Under the pieces are notes generated by a model. The model searched no databases, was not told where the DNA came from, and saw nothing but the letters and a program-made list of their open reading frames with translations. A program made the translations under genes and the position numbers. A stretch of 64,000 bases of DNA from Caecitellus pseudoparvulus (taxonomy: Eukaryota; Protista; Bigyra: Bicosoecida): contig CBFFRQ010000044.1 of NCBI GenBank assembly GCA_965644315.1, positions 1-64,000 of the forward strand, read 5' to 3'. Of the stretch, positions 21,879-32,485 are shown one piece after another; position 1 is the first letter of the stretch, and every line of letters begins with the position of its first letter.

Positions 21879-23146
21879 GCGGAACTGCGAAAAAGGCAAG
21901 GAGAAGGAGCACAGCGCTCACCCCTCGGCGAAGCCTGCAAGGCAAGGAGAGAGCAGCAACAGTTCAAGGTGTTCTAATTGTATACCGTGCAGCTGTGCGG
22001 CACGCTCTAGTACAGCACAATGCGCGCCGTAGCTGGTGTCAGCAATACATGGCGCAAAACGCGGCTCCGCCAACCATGCCTCCATTCCGCAGCTCTGCGC
22101 CGCCCAGGCAGGCAAACCGGGCCGGGGACAGGCTGAAGGTCAAGGAAACGACTGCCTTGTCGCCGTCTCTTTTCGAGCGGTGGCCGTATTGGCTGCTGGC
22201 ACATGCAGCATTCCGCACCAGTTTTCCCGCGCCGCCCTGCGCGACGTTTCCCTCTTACGTCAGCGCTAGGGGCTGCCCACACCAAATTTGGCGGCACGCA
22301 CCGGTAAAGATGTGGGGCAGTATCAACTTGAGCGACCCCCATGCCGCGGGTTGGCGTCGACGGGCGTCTCTGCCACCCCCAGTGCCGGGACCACAGAGCT
22401 GAATCCCGCCGACCTCTGCGGCGAACCTCGAATCGATGCAGGAATCTGCCTTCGTGGCCAGCGTGCAGAAGCGAATCAAGCACAAGAAGCTTGAATACAA
22501 TCAGCCCGTGGATTGGAACAAAATAATTTTTGTCTTACGGCATCTGCTCTGCTCACAACAGTCCCGTCAACGGCTTTCTGGGACTCAACGTGGACTGCGA
22601 AGGAGACCGGCAGCGTGCTTCAAAAAACTCAGGTTGTGGATCAAGCTGCCATGCACAAGCCTTCATGGTGGCGAAAGAGACATGCAGTTATCGAAAGAGG
22701 CCTCCTATGTTGCCAGAACTCTCTTTCAAGGCAACTACTTGCGAGTTTCGCATACCGGCTGGTTCCACACCCCACTTGCCCAGAAGCCCCGGCAGCGAAG
22801 AATTTCACGAAGCTTCTGGAATCCAAGCACATGTAAACGGTGTTCTGTGCAAGATTTTCATACCTGGCGGCCACTGAGCTGACCCTGACCTCGGCATGGC
22901 CAGCACAGTCCGCGGGCTGTGGGTGCCGGCGTTTCGCCTGGAAACCCACCATCGAACGCGCTCCCTCAACCTACACACTTGTGGGGCAATACAGGCTGAC
23001 ACAGGGGCTATGCACTTACGTTGATCGAATACTTCCAAGCCACGGTACACCTTGGATCACCAGAACCCCCTCTGCCACATCGTCACGGCAATGCTGCTGC
23101 CTCCTCTTGCTCCAGCACTGGCTCTTGAAGCGCTGGCAGCCCACCA

Positions 23147-23938
23147 ATGGGCCCTTCCAGCCCCACCGGTGAGTGGGCGCTGTCTCCACGTGCAATGGCA
23201 GACATGGCTGAACAATCCTTCTGTCGAAGCCTTCCGAACGGCGACGGCACCACTTGGTTCCCTGGAGCCATCGACACCGCCCGAGCCATGGCGAGGGCCT
23301 GTGCTGTTGGGGCCAGCCGGCTGCTACTGGACGCCACCCCTGACCATGACGAGTTCATCCAGCAGTGCACCAAGGACGACGTGGCTCCAGAATGCCTCCC
23401 TGAGGCTCCCTCTGGCATGATCGTGCCTCCCAGCGCGGCTGCCCTGGCTGGCTCTGTGGGTTCGGTGCTGGGCATGTTCATGGCGTCTTCCTCGCAGTCT
23501 GTGACTCTGGGACTGCCTGGGGCGACTGTCATGACCACCCGTGCAGCGCTTAGCCGGGCTAGGCTGCCACCTCAGCATGGAGAAGGGGTGCTGATGGCCT
23601 TCCCTGACAACCCTGCTGAGCTGGGCGTCGCGTCGGCGCTGTGAGATGGGGGAGGCTCCGTGGACGCCGCACTGAAGGAGGATGCGACTGATACACAAGG
23701 CAACATGCTGTACAGGTACATCGAGCCGTGTGAGGCCACGAAGGGCACGGCGGGCACCCTGGGACACAAGGCACACGCCGCCACGAAGGAGTCCTGGGCA
23801 TGGAAAATATCAGTACCCAGGTGGGGAGATTGGAAAATTCCAAGAACTTTTCATCAGCTGGGGAGCAATCTGTTGCAGCTCTGTGCACAAGGGCAGGGCT
23901 GGCGTGTGTTGGCTGGTGTGACGAGCGTTTCATCCTGA
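23147..23938 (+). pseudogene. Possible degraded subtelomeric coding remnant, function unknown
   Basis: ORFs 23147..23644 and 23660..23938 are in the same frame, separated by one TGA (23642-23644). Composition is protein-like but no motif is recognised. Confidence 0.3.
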
Positions 23939-25264
23939 ATCGCGGACAATCCAAAGCCGCTTGCCGCTAGGCCTGAAACATGCTGGAGGCAGTGCACACG
24001 TGTAGCACACCGTGCTCACGTCTAGGTCTTCCTTGCCCTTCGGCGTTGGGGAACCTCGCCCTGCCATGAAGTGCCAGTGAGAACACTAAGCTGCCGAGTT
24101 GAGGCTGGCAATGGTGAGGTGAAACGCGAGGCCACTCCGTTGCATGCGCTCCTGCAACAGTACGAGGACTGTACTGAAAAAAATGAGGATGTGGTTGTCG
24201 AGATTTGTAAGTTGAACGACGGAACTAAGGAAATGTGGTAAAAGTTCTTTCCACTTAGGTGCCAGAGTCGAAAATGCTGCTTGAGGTGCTCGGATATGTC
24301 AATCAGTGGTTGGAGTGATTGTTCTTCCTCCTTTTGATTCCTCACCCTCAACAGGTACAGTTGCCTGAAGGGGCCAAGTGGGGCGTTGGCATCGTATCAG
24401 TACCCAGATCACAGCACACCTGAAAGACTGGTGTGAACAAAGTAATTGGCGGGATTCCCCCCCATCATCAGACGTTCCGCCGTTGCTACCAAGGGCAGCG
24501 ATTTAGTTCACTGCATGTGTGAGGGAGCCGCGCCCATCCCTGCGTTGCAGTGTTCAGTTTCTGTGCTTGACGAGCGGGTCTGCCAAGACTGCTACTGCTG
24601 TTGTGCGTCGCAGATTTACGTTGGTGTGCGGGTCATGCAGACTCCGGCGCAAGCTGGCTGGCAACACAGGCGTGGCATGCAAAGGAGCAGGAGGTGATCG
24701 AGAAGGCCAATCCTATCCTCGGGTACTTGACTTTGTACTCTTTCTTGATTTGCATGGTTCGAACAAGGCTGTGCCAGGTCAGCGGGCCAGCGAGCAGGGA
24801 GTACTGTGGCTGGTCCCGGGAGTCAACTCGCTAAGCTCCATGCCATGCTGACAAAGAATAGGTGACTGAGCGCACTTGACCGTTGAAGTACAGAATGTGG
24901 CCGCGGTTTGCTACTTTGCTCGCTGACGTGTGACTTCTCAGACCTTCTTTTCAACGGGGCAGCGTGGAAATGGCACGGTGTGTGTTTGACTGCTGTGCGC
25001 GGCGAGGCGCTCGCGTTGTGCTTTGTCTTGTGCTCACCTATGGGCAACACAGGGTTGGAAACGGAGAAGCTCATGTGTTTAGCTCGTTTCCCGGTCGCCC
25101 AGCGACGAATTTGCCGTGTCATTTGTAGCGCATGGCTATGTCTCGACAAGTGCCCATGCCTTCCCAAGAGCGAATGTGGAGATGGTGCATTGAGCTCTAC
25201 GCTGGAAGCAGTTGAGCACTGCACTTGGGAGAGTGACCGAAGGCATTGACGCCGCTGGGCATGA

Positions 25265-26941
25265 TCACAGGAGACTGCCCACAGACGCAGGCAACTCCTC
25301 GATCTGTGTGTGGTAGAAGGCCTCAATGTCTTGCAGGAATGGGACATCCTCGCTTGTGATGAGGTTGATGCCGACACCCTTGCGGCCCCACCGCCCAGCT
25401 CGCCCGATGCGGTGAATGTAGTTCTCCCGCTTTACGGGCAGGTCGTAGTTGACGACCAGGGACACTTGCTGCACGTCAATGCCGCGGGCCAGGAGGTCGG
25501 TGGTGATGAGGACGCGGGAGGCGCCAGAGCGGAACTCCTGCATGACCAGCTCGCGGTCGCGCTGCTCCATCTCGCCGTGCGTGCAGGAGACGGTGAAGTC
25601 CTGCTGCCGCATGCTGGTGACGAGCCAGTCCACTTTCCGGCGGGTGTTGCAGAAGATGATGCTCTGGGTGATGGTCATGCTCTTGTACAGGTCGCAGAGC
25701 ACTTCGAGCTTGAGGTCCTCGCGGTCCACGTTGTAGTAGAACTGCTTGATGCCATCCAGCGTCAGCTCTTGGCGCTTGACCAGGATGATGGCCTGGTCCC
25801 GCATGAACTTGGTGGTCAGCTCCAGGGCTTCAGAGGGCATGGTGGCGGAGAAGAGGGCCACCTGCATGTCCTTGGGCAGGCCAGCGGCGAAGATCTCGTA
25901 GATCTGCTCCTTGAAGCCTAGGTCCAGCATTTCGTCGGCCTCGTCCAGGATGAGCAGCTTCAGGTGGGACACGTCCAGGGCACGGCGGTTGATCATGTCA
26001 AAGACACGGCCGGGGGTGCCCACCACCACCTGGACGCCGGAGCGCAAGGCGGCGATGTCGTCCGCCCGTGACGTTCCGCCGATGCACACGTGAACCCTGG
26101 CCGACATGTACTCGCCAATGGATGCGACGTTGGCATGATTCTGGCGAGCCAGCTCTCGGGAGGGGGCCAGGATGAGTGCCTGCACGTGGGGTGACGCCTC
26201 GTCGATGCACTGCAGCGCGCTGATGGCAAAGGCTCCAGTCTTGCCAGAGCCATTTGGAGCCTGTGGGGGGAACGCATGTGCCGCCTTGTGAGGCGTGTGT
26301 CTGCGGGCGTAGCACGCGCAGGCGCGGATGGAGGGCGAGGCGAACGTGGCCCGCTTCGCAGTCGCAGGTGAGAGGAGTTGCCACCTGCTGCTGCCTCTGC
26401 CTGTACTCCATCCACACTCCGGCACAGCACGCACCTGTGCAATGGTGTCACGGCCTTCGATGATGGGCATGATGGCGCGTTGCTGGATGGGCGACGGCTT
26501 CTCGAAGCCGTGGGCTGTGATGGGAGTGGAAGGGGCGTGGCTTTGTTGCGAAGCAGGAGCGGCATGGCCCTCCCTCACGCACCGACGATGCCACGCTGTG
26601 AGGGAGAGATACGAGGTAGAAAAGCAGCCAGGGTAGCTGTGCATGTGGACCGCCGTAAAGCGCAGCATGCTACCCCCGCGATTAGGGTTGGAGCCGCTGA
26701 GGTGACAAGCTGAGAGTGGGAAACCTACTGCAGCAGCAGTGTCACACACACGCACCAGGAGGTCGTGCTTGAGGCCCATGCCATCAAAAGACTTGACGAC
26801 TTTGTCGTAGTTGCTTCTGACCTGGCCAGACTCGTCCACTGCAGCATCGGGGAGAGGGCTCGTATTGGCGAGTTGTGCGTCAAGTCGCTGGCTGGGTCAC
26901 TCACGGATTTCTGCAGCAGGGGCAGCAGCAGCAGCAGCCAT
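25265..26941 (-). CDS. eIF4A: Translation initiation factor eIF4A (DEAD-box helicase), 5 exons
   Basis: Motifs [56 protein letters not shown]. Exons ~26941-26905, 26838-26756, 26595-26583, 26514-26435, 26260-25265, all with GT..AG introns. Confidence 0.92.
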
Positions 26942-27889
26942 GGTTAGGATTGGGGATGTGATTTGGATTGGTATTGGGGGTAGACTTTGGATTCGTTGTG
27001 AATGAAAAGGAATTGGATATTGACGCAACCCCGGCAAGTGGTGAACAGGTGTATGACCCCCCCCCCACAAAGGGTTTCACGGGGGAGGGGGCATGCTAGG
27101 CAACGACTCTCTAGCTGCACCAAGTGGGAGCTTCCTCTGCCTCAGAAGAAGCTGTCGCTGTGGCCGGATTCGGGGGGCACCTGCCTCCACATGCCGTTCA
27201 GAGCATAGCGACCCTTTAGCACAGGTGTACACACAACGCAGTTCCAGGAAGTGAGCTCCAGCACGGGATACGACCCTATTGTGGAGTAAGCGTCTCACGT
27301 GACAACGTGTGGGCTGGTTGGGTGAGTTTCCATCCCGCATTGCACGCCGTACAGCCCATGGGCAGCTCGTCGTCTCCTCCTCCGTTCAAACATCGCGCAC
27401 AAATTGCGGGCCGGAACACCGGGGCGGGAAAACGTCAGTACGAGAACCTAATTCCTGTGCTTGTGTGAGACCTGCCGTTTTCTGGTTTGCTCGCTGAGCA
27501 GGTGTACGTGCTCGGTCCAATGCTGGAGCCTCACAAGGCTGTGACTCCGGCAGGCATGCGGCCCCGCGCCCAGCCTCAGGCCCGCACTAGACCACAATTC
27601 AGAGCAGACTTGTGGACTTTCATGGGCAATCGAACCTTACCATCAACGTGGTCTGATGGGATTGGTCACCCACGCTCAAGCAGACTCAGAGCCCCCCAGC
27701 CCCTACAGCCCGCACCTTGGCTCTGTCAGATGGGTTCCTCAAAATCACACCAGAAGGAAACCTGCAGCCACATGCTTTCACTCCAGCTGGCTTTGCCCAT
27801 GTCCCCAACCAGCTTGGCCCCAGCACAGGAGCTGTCGGCAGGAAGGTGGACTGTGCTTCCCTGGCTCGCTGTGCGGGCGGAAGGTGGGC

Positions 27890-28818
27890 ATGGCGGCGGA
27901 CCTCGACCGCCCCCTGCTGGGAGGAGAAGAGGCAGGCGTGCACATCTTCAGTTGCCTGATCGCACGAGGAAATGTGGGGCTGTCGCCCTCGCATTTCGCA
28001 ACAGCCAGCGCCACAGCACACGCCAGGTTCTGCCCCTTTCGCAGGCTGTGCTGGTGCATGCCCGGGCAGAGGGGCGGCCAGGAGCAGTCCCTACCTACAG
28101 CAAGCTGCTGGACATCATCCCCGAGCACGTTGAGAAGTTCAGAATGGCGGATCCTGACGAGTGCGTGCCCGTGCAGTCTGCCGCAGTTTCGCCTGCGTTT
28201 CGTAGCCCTCCCCTTCTCTGCATTGCTGGCTCAGGCGTCACTGTTGGCTGGGCATCTTGGGCCAGGGTGGCATCATGTACGTCGTACAAGCACAAGAAGG
28301 CACCCGTGTGGAGGTGGTGTTCAGCTTTCTGCACCGAGTGGCAGAGGACTTCGCGTCTGCGCTGGGGGAGCGTGCAGCGACGGCGCTGCCTGGCACGTTG
28401 CAGCGGGCCTATGCTGCAGAGCTGCAGCGGCACATGGTTGGTGCGGCCTGCACAGGCCTGCAGTAGCACCGGGTGCACAAGAGCCTCGGCCTTCCCTCCT
28501 GCGCAGGTGTTTTACAACTCCAACAAGCACGTGGACAAGTTCGGCACGGTGCGGGCCAAGCTGGCTCACGTGAAGGAGTTGGCAGTGGAGAACGTGGAGA
28601 AGGCCCTGGCGCGCGGCGAGCGCATCCAGCTGCTGGTGGACAAAAGCGAGGACCTGCGCACCTCCAGCACGGTGTTTGAGAAGAAGAGCAAGGAGGTGCG
28701 GGATGTGTTCTGGTGGCGCAACGCTCGGGTGTGGGCCATGCTGGCGGGCGTCGTGTTGCTAGCAGCGCTGGTGGCCACAGGCTTCGCGTGCAAGTGGAAG
28801 TTCGCGACGTGTTTTTAA
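27890..28818 (+). CDS. VAMP7: Longin R-SNARE, VAMP7-like (multi-exon)
   Basis: Longin-like N-terminus (IFSCLIARG; FSFLHRVAEDF), R-SNARE motif ENVEKALARGERIQLLVDKSEDL, WWRN plus a C-terminal TM helix. Confidence 0.85.
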
Positions 28819-28819
28819 T

Positions 28820-29848
28820 TCACTCTTGCGCGGGGCGGGCGGGCGGTGCCAGCGCCCCCTGCAGCACCCCCAGGAGCGGCTTCAGATCACTGGCCAGTGG
28901 ACTGGCCTGCACTTCTGCCATCAGCTTGGCCACGTGCAGCCCCTGTTCGTCTGCGGCTTTGGTGAGGATGCGATCCAGGCGCCCCTCGTGCTGGCCAGGG
29001 CACGCGAGGATGAGCGTGGCGTATGCGTTCACGGTGGAGGGCAGGGGAGGGGGGGGTGCCTGGGGTCCGTCACCACTGCCCTCCCCCAGGTCCACCGCCA
29101 CGAACCACGCCATGGAGAAGGGAGACCCCACCGCCGGCTGCACGGCACAGCGTGACGTGTCCCCGCCAAAGTGCCACTCGCCCCAGGAACCCTCCCCCAC
29201 CCAGTGCACGTGCTGGTCCGACGGCGCCAGGGCGCCCTCAGGCACATCCGCAGCGGGGCCGATGGGGTCGCCGTCACGCATGTGCACGCTCCAGGGCACG
29301 AAGCCCTGCGCGCCGTACATGCCGATGAGGGGCCACTTGCTACAGCCCAGGCGGGTGGGTGCGCGGCCGCCGGCAGTGGACTGCACCAGCTCCTTGTGCA
29401 GCACGCCGTGAGCCATGACGTTCAACTTGTTGTCGGGGGCGCCGTACGCGTACGAGGACACCTGCAAACCGACAGTCCAGTTCCACGTCAGCTGCTTCAG
29501 GCAGGCGTGGATCGCTTTGGGTGAGCACTTGCGCGAACCGAGGGCCGGCGCGGGCAGCACCGCGACCCGGTCTGCATCACGCAGGCTCAAGTGCTTGTAC
29601 AGGGCGTCGGCAGCGTGGGCCAGCACCTTCTTCTTGAGCGTTTCCGGGGCGTGGGAAGATGGCAACGTAGTATTGAGGAGTTGTCGTGTCTGGCACATGC
29701 CGTAGCCGCCGTCATACCTGCACAGGCAGAGAGATGGCGGCAAGGGGAAGTTCCCAGTGGGGTCTCCCCAAATAAGTGGAATGCCTGGCGCGGGTTCAGC
29801 TTCCTCGTGGGTGCTAGCTGCGCCCTCTGCTGCCGCAGGAGCAGCCAT
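28820..29848 (-). CDS. Hypothetical protein (probably intron-containing)
   Basis: 373-codon ORF with host-like codon usage; ATG at 29848; no family recognised. Confidence 0.55.
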   Translation of the reverse strand: MAAPAAAEGAASTHEEAEPAPGIPLIWGDPTGNFPLPPSLCLCRYDGGYGMCQTRQLLNTTLPSSHAPETLKKKVLAHAADALYKHLSLRDADRVAVLPAPALGSRKCSPKAIHACLKQLTWNWTVGLQVSSYAYGAPDNKLNVMAHGVLHKELVQSTAGGRAPTRLGCSKWPLIGMYGAQGFVPWSVHMRDGDPIGPAADVPEGALAPSDQHVHWVGEGSWGEWHFGGDTSRCAVQPAVGSPFSMAWFVAVDLGEGSGDGPQAPPPPLPSTVNAYATLILACPGQHEGRLDRILTKAADEQGLHVAKLMAEVQASPLASDLKPLLGVLQGALAPPARPAQE

Positions 29849-30139
29849 TGCGTTGCGGCGTTTCTCTGCCCAGTTCAGCACTTGTGCTTTGCACTTCGCA
29901 GGGCGACAGACAAAACAAAAAGCCAAGCAGCTGAATTCCACTCAAGCACTCGAGGCAATTTGTTCCTTAAACCTGGGGATTTGCTCCCTGCATGCGTTTG
30001 CCGCCGCAGCCTTGTGTGTCGAGCAATTTCCGCAGCTGGGGCACCCGGGCGCGGACTTTGCACCCCCCCCACGCCCGTGCACACTATCACTCCGCGCTGG
30101 CGAGCCACCCAAACACGTTGAATACACTCAACAGTCACC

Positions 30140-31186
30140 ATGTCGTGGGGAGGTGCTGAGCGTGGCCGTGCCCCGCGGGGTGTGGATGGCAACTTGTACG
30201 CTGCGTACGACCCTCAGCATCGAGATGGTCGAGACGCAGAGCAGTGGCGGGGCGACCACGGACCGCCACGCCGCCAGCCATGGAGCAGGGACGCCCCTCC
30301 TCGACGCGAGGGAGGTGGGCGTGCCCCCCGCCCCAGTGGCAGCAGCAACCCGTACACGCAGGCCAGGCTGGCAGAGCGGTACCGCCGGCCCATCCCCAAC
30401 ATCTGGTCCCGTTCCCCCAGCCCACCCCCCACCCCACGCTCCCAGCCGTCGTCCCCCTCTTCAATGTCATCCGTGGCATCACCTGCATCCCCTGTGCCAC
30501 CAGCCACGGCTCTCCCAGCACCTGCAGACGGTGGGCACGACAGCCCAAGCACCGCTACGGCGCCTGCTCCCCAGGTGTTCGTGGCGGTGAAGCCAGCCGC
30601 CGAGGCGCCTGCCGCCCCTCCAGACACCCGCCACACTGGCCCCACTGGGGACACAGACTCGGATGCTTCTGATTCGGATGCCTCTTCGGGCGTGTTTGGT
30701 CCCCAGATCCCCCCTGCACTGCAGGGGGGGGATGCGGGGCCCGCGTCCACTGCCACCGCCCCCCTCCGCACCAAGCCTGGCGGGTACGGCGGAGCCTTGC
30801 GCCCTGGAGAAGGAGAAGCCATTGCGCAGTACGTGCAGTCAGGCCAGCGCATTCCCCGGCGCGGTGAGGTGGGGTGGGACACTGAGAAGATCGAGAAGCT
30901 GGAGGGGCTGGGGTACGTCATGTCTGGCAACCGGAACAAGCGCATGAATGCCGTGCGCCTGCGCAAGGAGAACCAAGTGTACAGCGCCGAAGAGAAGCGA
31001 GAGCTTGCGCGCTTCAACTTCGAGGCGCAGCAGGCGCGGGAGGCACGCCTCATGGACCGGGCACGAGACACGCTGCGGAAAAAGGGCTTCCTTGACGCGG
31101 GCGAGGGTGGGGGCGCCTCGGCGCCAGAAGGCGGTGCTGCCCGCAAATCCGGGAGCCACGCTGCGCCGTGGAACATGGCAAAATAG
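30140..31186 (+). CDS. NKAP: NKAP family protein
   Basis: Conserved C-terminal domain YGGALRPGEGEAIAQYVQSGQRIPRRGEVG...GYVMSG...MNAVRLRKENQVYSAEEKR, plus an IWSRSPSPP motif. Confidence 0.92.
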   Translation: MSWGGAERGRAPRGVDGNLYAAYDPQHRDGRDAEQWRGDHGPPRRQPWSRDAPPRREGGGRAPRPSGSSNPYTQARLAERYRRPIPNIWSRSPSPPPTPRSQPSSPSSMSSVASPASPVPPATALPAPADGGHDSPSTATAPAPQVFVAVKPAAEAPAAPPDTRHTGPTGDTDSDASDSDASSGVFGPQIPPALQGGDAGPASTATAPLRTKPGGYGGALRPGEGEAIAQYVQSGQRIPRRGEVGWDTEKIEKLEGLGYVMSGNRNKRMNAVRLRKENQVYSAEEKRELARFNFEAQQAREARLMDRARDTLRKKGFLDAGEGGGASAPEGGAARKSGSHAAPWNMAK

Positions 31187-31231
31187 TGAATGCATTTGCA
31201 GCCGCCCGTGTGCCCTGGCTGACGCCCTGGC

Positions 31232-32282
31232 TCACTCCGAGTGCCACACACAGTCCGGGCCGGACATGGCCCCCTCCACCTCCGTCGCAGCCAACGCGTC
31301 CAGCGCAGCGAGGCAGCCCGCCATCTCCAACGCGGAGAAGTCGGCCATGTCCACTGTGGCACCCGTCGCGCGGTTGCTCATGGACAGGGCCGCACCGCCT
31401 GCCTTGATGGGCACCGCAGCACACGTCGCCAGGTCCAGCAGCTGGAACGTTTCCATCTGGGCACAGGCAGCGCCAGGCACCTCTGCTTCAATGGTGTCCA
31501 GGAGGCCCGTGTTGGCGTCGCCGAAGGCCTCCACTTGCCGCCCCTGGGACGAGTAGAAGCTGTCGCAGGTGACGTCAGTGCCCTGCAACACGGCGTACGG
31601 TCCGCCCTCCCCCACTGGCTTCACAGCCGCCACACGGGCTTCCAGCGCAGCGACGTACGCTTCCGTGATGCCTGCGTCAGCTTGCACAGGGGCGCTGATG
31701 CTGTACGGCTTGACATCAGTCGCGCCCTTGCGAAACGCATCAGGCTCCCGGCGCACCAGCACGCTGTCTGCCGCCACGACCACGTTGCCGGCACCAGTGC
31801 TGCCCAGGCCGCCGCAGGTGCCGAAACGCAGCATGGCCATCTCGCCCGTCACCACGGCGCGTGTCTCCCGCACGACAAAGTCCATCATCGCTGTGCCCAT
31901 GCCAGTGGCCACAATGCTCACAGGCACGCCTTTGTACAGGCCAGTGTAAGTGGTGAAGCCGCGGGAGCTGCCCACGACAGTCACGCTGTCCATGTGCTTG
32001 GAGGCACGCTCTGCACGCCCCGCAGAGCCCACTGACAGCACCCGGTTGGCAACTGCGGCAGGCAGGCAGGCAGGCAGGCAGTGGCGAGCGCAGGCGGTCA
32101 CGGAAGCGAGTTGCCGCCACGCACCTTCGCCCTTCTTCACGTTCAGGTGGTGCACACGGCCGTCCTCAGTCATGGGGAAGTTGGGATCATCGTACACTGC
32201 CGTGGGGCGCGTTGTACGTCGGCTGTGCGGCGCCGCGAGTCGTGGCTGTCGTCTGTATGCGCCGCTCACCTTTGGCTGCCAT
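31232..32282 (-). CDS. Uridine phosphorylase / nucleoside phosphorylase (PNP_UDP family), 3 exons
   Basis: GRVHHL, SSRGFTTYTGLYKGVPVSIVATGMG, RFGTCGG, DSFYSSQGR, QMETFQL. Confidence 0.88.
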
Positions 32283-32485
32283 GGCGCATCAACTTCCGCA
32301 GCAGGGCAGCGTCAACTCTGGCAGACGCAGCTGGCGAGCAACTCAGGCGGGGCAGTCACTTTTAAGATTACGAACATGCTTATCGTGTCAAGTTTTGACC
32401 AGTCTGACTGCTTGCAGTGCGCTGGTGTGGCTGGCGTGCTGCCGCATCAGCGTGGGCACCGCGCTGGTGCACAGTGCTCGGAGCC

